Assembly: GCA_001275005.1 (NCBI GenBank)
Contig: JWZX01003386.1
Location: forward strand, 1 to 41,164
Length of the DNA: 41,164 bases
From: Chrysochromulina tobinii
Lineage: Eukaryota
Reading direction: 5' to 3'
In this document: one piece after another, positions 1 to 8,609 of the stretch
How the letters are laid out: each line of letters begins with the position of its first letter
How positions within the stretch are numbered: position 1 is the stretch's first letter
The notes under the pieces: generated by a model
Told to the model about the DNA's origin: nothing
What the model saw: the letters and a program-made list of their open reading frames with translations, nothing else
The model's database searches: none
Translations under genes and position numbers: made by a program

Positions 1-64
1 TGGCAGGAGGCATCGCTGGCAGGGGCAGCGCGGCTCGCGGGGCGACTCGCGGAGCGGCCCGCGA

Positions 65-292
65 GCGAGAACGCGTGCGAGAACGTGTGCGAGGCCGCGC
101 GCGAGGCCGCGTGCGCTATTGCGTGCGAGAACGCGTGCGCGACCGCGCTGCGAGGCCGCGTGCGCCAGTGCGTGCGATCCGGCATGCGATATCGCACACG
201 AAAGGCGAGCGGGCTCGCACGCGAGAACGCACGCGATCTCGCAGCGCGGCCCGCACGCGAGATCGCACGCGGTTCGTGTGCGAGATCGCAGT
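65..292. repeat. Degenerate ~12-bp tandem array (GCG-NNNN-CGC-GT/AC), about 19 units, foldback-symmetric
   Basis: Units read directly: gcgagaacgcgt, gcgagaacgtgt, gcgaggccgcgc, gcgaggccgcgt ... gcgagaacgcac, gcgagatcgcac. Perfect palindrome tgcgatatcgca at 185-196. Confidence 0.75.
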
Positions 293-392
293 GCGCCCCG
301 CGGGGGATCCCCGCGCGACTCACTTACCCGCTGCGACTCAGTTTCGTGTCACACCTTCCTAACAGAAGATTTTCTCACTCTTCTCTTTCATA

Positions 393-1958
393 ATGCGGGT
401 ATGGACGAGGAGGGCGAGCGCGACCGCCGCCGGCGAGGCGGTGGATGCGGTCATCGTCGGCGCCGGCGTGGTGGGCGTGGCATGCGCGCACTACCTCTCA
501 CGCCGCGGCGCACGCGTGCTCATCGTCGACTCGCGGCCTCCGCTGTCCTACACTTCGGCCATGTCGACCGAGTGCTATCGCACCTACTTTGGCGATCACG
601 TGCAGATGACGGCGTTCATGAACAGGAGCGTGGACCTGCTCGAGACGCGCGCCGCCGAGTGCGACAACGCATTCTCCCTGAATCGACGCGGCTACTGCTT
701 CCTCAGCGCGACCGACGAGGGCAAGGCCAAACACGTCGCACAGGCAGCAGCTGCGGCGACCTTGGGGCACACTGGCGGCGCGGTGCACAAGGACGGCGGG
801 CATGGCGTGCGTTACCGTGGCGACAAGCTGGCGTACGACGCGGCCGTTGACGGGATCAGCGTCTTCCAGGGCCACGACGCGGTACGCTCCTTTTTTGGAG
901 AGCTGCCAGCCGACTTCGTGTCCGCAGAGACGAAGTCGTTGCTGCACTGCGGCCGCGCGGGCTGGATGAGCGCGCAGCAGATGGGCACACAGCTGCTTCT
1001 GGGCGCGCGCGCCGCGGGCGCGCGTACTCTCACGCCGGCGTCTGTCGTCGGGGTCACCACTGCCGATGAGGGCGCGCGCGTGAGCGGCGTCACGGTGCAG
1101 CTTGGCGCGGACCCGTCTGCGCACACGCACGTGGCGTGCGGAGCGGTCGTCAACTGCGCGGGGCCGTTCGCGGGCGAGATGGGCGAGCTCCTCGTGCGCG
1201 CGTCGCGCCCTCGGAGCCTCCTCGGCGCCACCTCCGAGGCGGCGGCCAACGCGCACGCGAGAGCTTTCACACTCCCGTTTGTGAACGAGATCCATGCGAA
1301 GGCGATGCTGCGCGACCCTCTGGGTGCGGTGCCCATGACGGCGCCGATGATGATCTGGGAGGATGAAGTGGAGCTGCGCTGGGCAGATGAGGAGCGGACC
1401 GCCCTGCTCGAGATGGGTGGCTTTGAGGCCACACTTGCCCGTCCGCTGCCTGGAGGCGCCCACTTTCGACCCTACCCCGGAGCCACCGGCACAGTGGTCA
1501 TGTTGTGGGAGGCGCTCCATATGGACATGCACGTGCCTGCGCCGGCGCCGCCGGAACCACAGCTACGCGGCGCGCTCTTCGCCGAGCTGCTCATCCGAGG
1601 GCTATCCACGATGGTCCCCAAACTCGCCGAATGCTACTTGGCGGACGACGGCTCGATGCAGGCGACAGTGAGCGTCGACGGCGGCTACTACACTAAGACG
1701 CCCGACAACCTGCCGCTCATCGGCGCCGTGCCGGGCGCGCCAGCTGGCAGCTTCGTGTGCGCGGGGCTCTCCGGCTACGGCGTGATGGCGAGCAATGCGG
1801 CGGGCGAGCTTCTAGCGGCTCACGTGCTCGGCGGCGCTGGCGCGGCTGAGCCGCCGCTGCCCTCGTACGCGGCTACCTTCCGGCCGGAGCGCTGGCTCGA
1901 GTCCGATTACATAGAAGCGGTCGCGGCCGGCAGGGCAGGCAAGGGGTTGCAGATCTGA
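393..1958 (+). CDS. FAD-dependent oxidoreductase (DAO / sarcosine oxidase / glycine oxidase-like)
   Basis: 521-aa ORF. N-terminal Rossmann motif AVIVGAGVVG..VLIVD, then VVNCAGPFA, and C-terminal GYYTKTPDNLPLIG and GLSGYGVMAS typical of DAO-family enzymes. Confidence 0.88.
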   Translation: MRVWTRRASATAAGEAVDAVIVGAGVVGVACAHYLSRRGARVLIVDSRPPLSYTSAMSTECYRTYFGDHVQMTAFMNRSVDLLETRAAECDNAFSLNRRGYCFLSATDEGKAKHVAQAAAAATLGHTGGAVHKDGGHGVRYRGDKLAYDAAVDGISVFQGHDAVRSFFGELPADFVSAETKSLLHCGRAGWMSAQQMGTQLLLGARAAGARTLTPASVVGVTTADEGARVSGVTVQLGADPSAHTHVACGAVVNCAGPFAGEMGELLVRASRPRSLLGATSEAAANAHARAFTLPFVNEIHAKAMLRDPLGAVPMTAPMMIWEDEVELRWADEERTALLEMGGFEATLARPLPGGAHFRPYPGATGTVVMLWEALHMDMHVPAPAPPEPQLRGALFAELLIRGLSTMVPKLAECYLADDGSMQATVSVDGGYYTKTPDNLPLIGAVPGAPAGSFVCAGLSGYGVMASNAAGELLAAHVLGGAGAAEPPLPSYAATFRPERWLESDYIEAVAAGRAGKGLQI

Positions 1959-2180
1959 AGATGCACAGGCGCAGCCCACAGGCGACGCGTTAGCGGGTAC
2001 ATTAGTCCACAGTACGAATTCAAGGCCGGCGAGCGATGATTTCTTATTTGCATGTTCCCGCCCGCGGCGCACCCGGCGGTCGCGCGGTCGCGCGTCGCGA
2101 ACTCGCGATGCATCGCGGGATCGATTAAAAACGTCCAAAATCGAACTGCACCGACCGACCCCACGGCTAGGTTCCGCTCT

Positions 2181-3470
2181 TCACCGGTAGGTTAGGATCC
2201 CTAGTTCCGCCAGCCGAATCTTGGCCGCGTCGACGCCCTGCTGTGCCGCCTGCCTGAGCCAATCCTTGCCCTGCTGTACGTCCGCCTCGACGCCCATGCC
2301 GTCCAAGAACGCCTTGCCCACCTCGAGCTGTGCGACAGGATCGCCTTTCTCGGCGTTACGCAGGTTGAGCTTAAACATGCGCTCCTCGCGGCTCGGCGGC
2401 TTCGGACGATCACCGCCGCCGCCAGCGCCGCATGCCGAGGGTCCGCTACTGGCTGGCTTGGCAGTCGCTGGGCCGCTACCGCTACTGTCGCTCGACGCCG
2501 CAACGGGCGCGGCAGCGGGTAGCGTCGCGGGCGCCTGTGGTGCTGGCGGCGGCGGCGGGGTCGGCGCGGCTGATGGCGCCGTATTGGGCGCGCTGATCGA
2601 CTCGGCTGCCAAGAGCGTTGCCGTCGTCGACGAGCCGCCGCCACTACCTCCGCCGCCGCCGCCGCCACCACCAACTGAAAGCGCCTCGTCTGCGCTCGCC
2701 TTGAGCTCGATGATCTGTACCGAGCCGCCATGCGCGCGCGCGAGCTCCGAGAGTGGCCGGAAGAGCGATGGATCGGAGTGGCACCCGATGGCGCTCATGG
2801 GCACCGCAGCCGCGTCGGCCGCCGGCTCGGGCGTGTTCAGCTGTAGGCGCTCGGAGGCGCCGCCGGCGGCCTCCGCCTCGGCGAGCGCCTGCAGCGCCGT
2901 CTGCATCTTCGCGAGTTCCTCGGTGGGCACGAGCAGCCGTAGCTGCATGCGCGCGCGCGCGATCGGCACCACGTTGGCCACCTCGAGCTGCCTTATCACT
3001 TGCAGCGCCTGCATCTTGGCAGATTTGTTGGTGGCGGGCGCGAAGTGGAGCGTCTCGCGCATCGCGCGTTCGATGGTCGACAGAGGGTAGGGCAGGCGCG
3101 TCTCCGGGTTAACGCACATATCGGTGACGCGCGAGGCCACATCACGGAAGAGGGCGTCTACCATCATCTGCCGCTCCTCCTCGGACATTTGGAACTCGCC
3201 GCGGTCGAGGACCTCAACGCACACCTTGTCTTCGTCGTCGGTGCCAAAAGCATCTAGCATGTCCTCGCTCTTGGCGAGAATACCCTTCTCCACGTTTTCG
3301 AAGATGGTATGGACCTGCAACACCTCGTCGATGTTTTTCTCAACCTTGTTGCGCCAAGCGACGACGGTGTTGCGGTACGCAGCCACCTCAAAGCGCTTGC
3401 CGTTGCGCTTCAGGCGCACGATGCAGATGTTCGTGAGCTTCTTGATGCCCACCGGCTGCAGGCGCGGCAT
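2181..3470 (-). CDS. SBDS: Ribosome maturation factor SBDS/Sdo1 with C-terminal Sel1-like repeat
   Basis: QPVGIKKLTNICIVRLKRNGKRFEVAAYRN, IDEVLQVHTIFENVEKG, VNPETRLPYP..IERAM and KMQALQVIRQL..IARARM are SBDS hallmarks. First ATG at 3470. Confidence 0.93.
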   Translation of the reverse strand: MPRLQPVGIKKLTNICIVRLKRNGKRFEVAAYRNTVVAWRNKVEKNIDEVLQVHTIFENVEKGILAKSEDMLDAFGTDDEDKVCVEVLDRGEFQMSEEERQMMVDALFRDVASRVTDMCVNPETRLPYPLSTIERAMRETLHFAPATNKSAKMQALQVIRQLEVANVVPIARARMQLRLLVPTEELAKMQTALQALAEAEAAGGASERLQLNTPEPAADAAAVPMSAIGCHSDPSLFRPLSELARAHGGSVQIIELKASADEALSVGGGGGGGGGSGGGSSTTATLLAAESISAPNTAPSAAPTPPPPPAPQAPATLPAAAPVAASSDSSGSGPATAKPASSGPSACGAGGGGDRPKPPSREERMFKLNLRNAEKGDPVAQLEVGKAFLDGMGVEADVQQGKDWLRQAAQQGVDAAKIRLAELGILTYR

Positions 3471-3872
3471 GGCGGATGAGAGAACGACACACGCGAAAGC
3501 GCACCGCCACGACCACACGAAACACTGCCACGCAGCGGTCGCGTCGAGGATGACGAGGCCGCCCTCTTTCCAGTTTCTTCACGCCGCAAGGGGTATGAAC
3601 AGCCCGGAGCTACATTGTACATGTACCCGAGAGGAACTCCACATAAATGCAGAGGACGCGCCCGCAGACGGCCCCTCTACCACCACATCACGCACACTGA
3701 TCGGCTACACACTGGTTGCGGCCGGGCGAGGTGACGTTGCACGGTAGACGGTTGCAGCTCAGGGATAAGCGCGCATCGTGGGCCGGCCCTATGAAATGAT
3801 CGGTGAGTGCCTAGCTGCAGTATGGGACGCGTATGCGCACACAGTCGTCCATGTCCTCGCCCGGCATGCTGG

Positions 3873-4628
3873 TCATTGCGTCTCAATCATCGCCCGTGCT
3901 GGTCCCGGCGAGCGCCGACGAATGGGTAGAATGGGCGGTGGAAGCATCGCGGCGAGTGGTTCGCCTTTTGAGAGTGTGGCAAAGTCCACGTACATGCGGC
4001 AGCCAGGTATGGGCCCCATGGTGCCGTCGAGCGCCTGGACGGCGGCATCGGCATCCTCGGGCGCATCGAATTCGACGAAACCGAAGCCCTGGTCCCAATT
4101 GTTTTGCAGGCGCGGGGTGCGGACGCACGCTAGGCGCCCGTACGGATTGAAGGTGGCACGCAGCCACTCCACCACGGGGTCGGGATCGGATCGTGGAATC
4201 GTAAGATGCATGCACACGTCCTGGTGCCACTTGCCCGGTGTGCATCTCAACCGGCCACGCAGCGTTCCACAGGCGGACTCAAACTCCTTGTCGTTCAGCT
4301 GCTGTGTGGCGCTCGTCCGAGCCTGCTCTTTCATGAAGCGCATGAACCAGAAGCCTTGTCGTATCCTCTTCTCCTCGTTCGGGAAGCGCAGATCCGGGAG
4401 GTGCTCGGGCGCCAAATCAATCTGCTCGCGTACCTGCTGCGCCACTCCAACGAGGCGCCGGCGCATGGTCGCGGGGTCGGCAAAGGACACCCACAATTGT
4501 CGATCATCATACTTGGGCGCTACCAGCCGATCGCCACGCCCCCCGTGTGAGCTGAAATTTCGGTGTTGCGCCAGCAGCAGGCGACGCGCCACTATGGTGC
4601 GACCTGCAGTGCGCGACGTGGTCAGCAT
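3873..4628 (-). CDS. RRM-domain RNA-binding protein, probably mitochondrial
   Basis: RNP1 QGFGFVEF followed by AAVQALDG..MYVDFA. N-terminus MLTTSRTAGRTIVARRLLLAQHRNFSS is Arg-rich and acid-free, like a mitochondrial presequence. First ATG at 4628. Confidence 0.75.
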   Translation of the reverse strand: MLTTSRTAGRTIVARRLLLAQHRNFSSHGGRGDRLVAPKYDDRQLWVSFADPATMRRRLVGVAQQVREQIDLAPEHLPDLRFPNEEKRIRQGFWFMRFMKEQARTSATQQLNDKEFESACGTLRGRLRCTPGKWHQDVCMHLTIPRSDPDPVVEWLRATFNPYGRLACVRTPRLQNNWDQGFGFVEFDAPEDADAAVQALDGTMGPIPGCRMYVDFATLSKGEPLAAMLPPPILPIRRRSPGPARAMIETQ

Positions 4629-4754
4629 TCGACCCCCGACCGGTGCCCTCAATTCCCAACCCCCCACCTGTCCGTCGCGCAGACCCCGTTTTTTTTACCG
4701 AAACATGTTCCTTTTCGATCGGGGGAGCCGGGACAGGGGAAAGCCGTGTGTCGA

Positions 4755-4774
4755 TGACACGTGTTGACACGTGT
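4755..4774. promoter_or_regulatory. Tandem G-box/E-box (TGACACGTGT x2) in a divergent promoter
   Basis: tgacacgtgt tgacacgtgt lies between the head-to-head RRM (4628) and FKBP (4838) starts. A regulatory role is inferred only. Confidence 0.35.
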
Positions 4775-4837
4775 TCCGATCGTGTTCCATGTCCTTCGTG
4801 ACTCGGTCCAGCGTCCGTTCGACTTCGACTGGGAAAC

Positions 4838-5341
4838 ATGATGGCTGGGAAGCTCCTCGCCTCCTTCTCGCTACTGTTCGCGTTGCCGTGCGCGCACAGT
4901 AAGGCCTGCGAGGGTGAGAATCTCAAGCCGGACGCGCCGCTACGCATTGGCACAAAGTTCAAGCCTGCCGAGTGCACAGACGTCTCGAAGCCCGGCGACA
5001 CACTCTCGATGCACTACACTGGAACCCTGTACAGCGACTGCTCAAAATTTGATTCGAGCCGCGACCGTGGTGATCCCTTCAAGTTTACGCTGGGCAAGGG
5101 CGAAGTCATCAAGGGTTGGGATGCCGGATTGCGTGGCATGTGCGTGGGCGAGAAGCGCAAGCTCACCATTCCTTCGGATCTTGCCTACGGTGATGAGGGC
5201 TCTGGCGACAAAATTCCGGCAAAATCGACGCTCCAATTTGAGGTCGAGCTTCTCGACCTGAAGCACAAGCCTGTGGGTGGTGGGAAGAAGAAGAAGAAGA
5301 AGAGCAAGAAAAGCAAGAAAAGCAAGAAGGATGAAGTTTGA
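4838..5341 (+). CDS. FKBP-type peptidyl-prolyl isomerase, ER-luminal (FKBP2/FKBP13/FKBP15-like)
   Basis: Signal peptide LLASFSLLFALPCAHS; GDTLSMHYTGTL, FDSSRDRGDPFKFTLGKGEVIKGWD, GMCVGEKRKLTIPSDLAYG, FEVELL; ends KDEV. Confidence 0.95.
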   Translation: MMAGKLLASFSLLFALPCAHSKACEGENLKPDAPLRIGTKFKPAECTDVSKPGDTLSMHYTGTLYSDCSKFDSSRDRGDPFKFTLGKGEVIKGWDAGLRGMCVGEKRKLTIPSDLAYGDEGSGDKIPAKSTLQFEVELLDLKHKPVGGGKKKKKKSKKSKKSKKDEV

Positions 5342-6341
5342 GAAGTGAATCACTTGGAGGAGACGTTAGTGATGGCTCGACCACTGTAGCAGGAGACAGG
5401 GCCCACTCGAACTCGAAATGGCGGCTTGGAACCCGATCGACGTGGCAGCCGGGCGGAGGTATTCACATACGCCATACCCACAACCCCCGGCGCCCGGGTG
5501 GTGGGACGCAGCGGACGAGCGGAGAGCAGCCAGCCCAGGTTAAGCCCAGGTATACTGCCAGCCCAGGTATACTGGGCGGGGCGACCGCGGTGTGACCCGA
5601 AAGCGCGACTTCTTGTGTACGATAGCGGCGCCCGTCGTAGTCGCGAGAGGTTACAGGTAGAGGTTTCAGCGTCCGGACTGTATACGCGCGCCCGCGGCCG
5701 CGCGAACGAGCGACGCGCGCCGCCGCGCCCGACGAGCGTATACACGGTACGCGGGTGGGTGTAGCTCGACGTACGCCGTCCACGCGCGGCGATATCAGAA
5801 CTCGCCGTCACACTGTGCTGAGTCGGTCACCCCGAGCCGCACCAGACCGGCAGCGGCACCCGCTCTGGGCAGGCTCTGCATAGCGCTGCACACGACGCGA
5901 TCGAGACGTATCGGTTCATTGTGGCCTTAAAGCGTTCCGTTATAATTTCTCGGGACGCGCAGCCGCGGCCGCGTACCGCGCTTGCGTGTTGCGTACTCGC
6001 GGTCGCGCCTCGCGATCTCACTTACGCGCGTACCCATACACAACGTGTTGACTCACCTCTCATGTTCGCACATCATGCCCTAAGCTCATCTCAAGCGCAC
6101 AACGCATTCTCCGCGAGCAGGTGACCAGCCGCACTCTTCACCCTTTGGGATCCCACGCAACTGACGCCGCATCGCGACAAATATGATTGAGCACTGCCAA
6201 GTGCAAGGATTGGTTTATCGGAGAGCCTCTCGGCTCCGCCGTGTGGGGAGGGGATCCACTGCCATACTCGCGTTGCACGCCCCTGCCATCAGAGCAGCAC
6301 CGCGCTCAGCAGAGCATGTGAGCTAAGGTCACTCCTTGCCG

Positions 6342-8318
6342 TCACGCCTGGATGCTTGCGCCCACCGGCCTTGTTAATATCGGTGAGCTGAGGCCACCCG
6401 GAGGCTTGCGCCCACCGGCCTTGTTCGCCTCGCCGATGCTCAGGCGCTGCGCGGGCACGTAGACGGCCTGAGTGGGCTGAAGGACTGACTCCGCCAGCGG
6501 GGTCTTGCCGTGCCCGGCCTTGGAGCCCGCGGAGACGGTGGCGGGCGACGGGGCTGATGAACTGATCACAGCATGGGCGGCGGCAGTAGGTACAGGCGGC
6601 ATGTTTTGGCTGCCAATCGCGGCAGTCGGCACGGGCGGTAGCGGGATCTGAGCAGGAGCGCTGCCGTTAAGAATGAGTGGCGGCGGATACGGCGCCCCCC
6701 CCGTTGGTGTGTTTTCGCCAGAGGCACCTGTAGACACGGCTGATTTGGCTTTGGCTGCAGCGGCGGCCGCTGCCATCCCCGGGGTCAGCTGCGTGGACGG
6801 CTGCGACGGCTGCGATGGCGGTGCCAAGGGCGGCGTAGCCGACACGACGGCACCGGTTGTGCTCTGAGCGCCCGCCTTGCCCAGCGGCGAGGCGGTCGTG
6901 GCCCCACGTTGGCTCTGGCTCTGGCCGAGGCGCGAGCCCGACTGCGGCCGCTTCCGCCTAGCTTGGATCGCGCCGGGCGACGAGCGGGTCGACCCCTTCT
7001 CCGAGTAGGCGGGGGTCGCGCTCCGCTGCGTGCGTGGTGACTGCGTGTTCGTGCGCTGGCTCGCCGGGCGTGAGGACGCAGAGGTCGAGCGTCCCGACTC
7101 TGAGGTACCACTCGAGCCGACCTTTTTGGGGAGCATGCTCGTGCGTGTCGGCTCCTTTCCGGGCTCTGGAGTAGGGACGTTGAACATCGGCTGCCGCTTG
7201 CGCCGCGCCGCCTGCGCCGCCTCGCGCGCGACTGCCGCGCGCCGCGCCACCTGAGCGACCCGTTGCGCATCATCTTCCGCCGCCGCCTGCTCTTGTTCGC
7301 GCACCATGCGCGCCGCGTCGTCCTCGGCCTGCTTGGCAGCGTTGATGGCCGCCGCGCGCGCGGCCGCGCGCCTTGCGGCGCGACGTGCCGCCTCACGGGC
7401 GAGCTTTTCCGTTTCCCTCGCAGCCTCCTCCTTTTGGGCGCGCGTCTGCGCCATCGGGTCCAGGGGAATCGCGGTTGTGATTTTGAGGGGAGCCTGAACG
7501 CGCACCGTCTGCGGCCGTACCCGCCCGTGCGCGTGTGAGCGCATCGAGAGCTCGCGTCGGATCGAGATCGCGCGCCGCGCCGAGGCGAAAATGGCGCGCC
7601 CTGGGCGGCCGGACGGCAGCGCGGCGGCACCTTGCACGGGCCGGAAGAGCACGCGGCCCTGTGCGGCACGCTCCGCCTCGTCCTCTGCAACCTGCTCCTC
7701 GCCGTGTAGCCCTGCCATCTTACGATTCCACCGTTGAAGATTCCAGCGCTGGCCCGCGTCGCCCAGGATCACCGGCTGGATCGGCGCAGTCGAGAGCACA
7801 CCGCGCTTCTGCACGTCCTCGCGCCACTGCGCGATGCTCGACTGGAACATCTGCTGCTCGTTGATTTCGCGCGTGTGCTGCCTCAGGAGCGCCTCGGTCA
7901 GCGTGGCGGTCATTGTCTCCGACGCCAGCTGCTGCTTGACGGGCGCCGCCGACGTGGCACCCTTGGTGAAAAGGCCCGACATGTCAAGGCTCGAGCCGAA
8001 GATGTCCATTTTGCTCAACGTGCTCAAGCCCACGGGCCTGGCCACTGCCGGTGCGGAGGCCTTGACTTCCTGCACGGGTGCGTCCTTGGGCTTCCAGTCA
8101 TCGCCGTCCTCGCCTTCGGGGCGCCAGTTGTCCGTGTCGACCGCATCCCAATCCTTGACGTCCAGGTCCCTCGCCATCTGCTCAGAGTCGTTGAGCGAGG
8201 TGGAGCACTCGGGCTCCACCGGCTTCGGCCCGTACCTTTCGAGTAGACCGAGGCTGCGCATGTTGTTGCGCTGGCCGATGGCCGCCAGCTCGGCCTCGAG
8301 GTCCGTCGTCCCCCGCAT
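6342..8318 (-). CDS. Hypothetical protein (central Ala/Arg/Glu coiled coil, Ser/Pro-rich disordered C-terminus)
   Basis: 658-aa ATG-started ORF with protein-like composition, divergent from DHX8. No family motif recognised. Confidence 0.65.
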   Translation of the reverse strand: MRGTTDLEAELAAIGQRNNMRSLGLLERYGPKPVEPECSTSLNDSEQMARDLDVKDWDAVDTDNWRPEGEDGDDWKPKDAPVQEVKASAPAVARPVGLSTLSKMDIFGSSLDMSGLFTKGATSAAPVKQQLASETMTATLTEALLRQHTREINEQQMFQSSIAQWREDVQKRGVLSTAPIQPVILGDAGQRWNLQRWNRKMAGLHGEEQVAEDEAERAAQGRVLFRPVQGAAALPSGRPGRAIFASARRAISIRRELSMRSHAHGRVRPQTVRVQAPLKITTAIPLDPMAQTRAQKEEAARETEKLAREAARRAARRAAARAAAINAAKQAEDDAARMVREQEQAAAEDDAQRVAQVARRAAVAREAAQAARRKRQPMFNVPTPEPGKEPTRTSMLPKKVGSSGTSESGRSTSASSRPASQRTNTQSPRTQRSATPAYSEKGSTRSSPGAIQARRKRPQSGSRLGQSQSQRGATTASPLGKAGAQSTTGAVVSATPPLAPPSQPSQPSTQLTPGMAAAAAAAKAKSAVSTGASGENTPTGGAPYPPPLILNGSAPAQIPLPPVPTAAIGSQNMPPVPTAAAHAVISSSAPSPATVSAGSKAGHGKTPLAESVLQPTQAVYVPAQRLSIGEANKAGGRKPPGGLSSPILTRPVGASIQA

Positions 8319-8609
8319 TGGCGAAATGGTTCCCGCTTTCCCGCGCCGGGCTCGGGGCCTGCGGTGCTGACGAAAGCGGCCAACACGGCCGAGCTCTTTG
8401 AAGAGCGAAAGTGAAAAAGCAAAAAATCATTTTCGCTTTCTTAGTCTCCACAAGGTTCCAAAAAATTGGTGCAAGAGCCGCCAGGTTGAAAACGCGCACG
8501 AGGAACACTCCTACATGTACAACTCCCCTACCGGTTTGTTGAATCCCTTCACAGTTTGATGTGCGATCACACGTCCCGACACCAGAGTGGGCGAGCGGAG
8601 GCAGCCATC

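Noticed and set aside
65..292. Constant/variable alternation resembling a CRISPR array
   Set aside because: The repeat (8 bp) and spacer (4 bp) are far too short, no cas genes are present, and the context is eukaryotic.
498..1532. Long antisense and alternate-frame ORFs (e.g. 498-1532, 2221-3090, 3778-4767, 8561-9523, 23358-24566, 29455-31125)
   Set aside because: They are shadow ORFs of real genes, expected in high-GC DNA. They are Arg/Ala-rich with no domain motifs.
5530..5744. gcccaggtatactg repeats and a 9-bp inverted pair tgtatacgc/gcgtataca around a GC-rich core
   Set aside because: Too short and partly self-palindromic to call a MITE without other copies.
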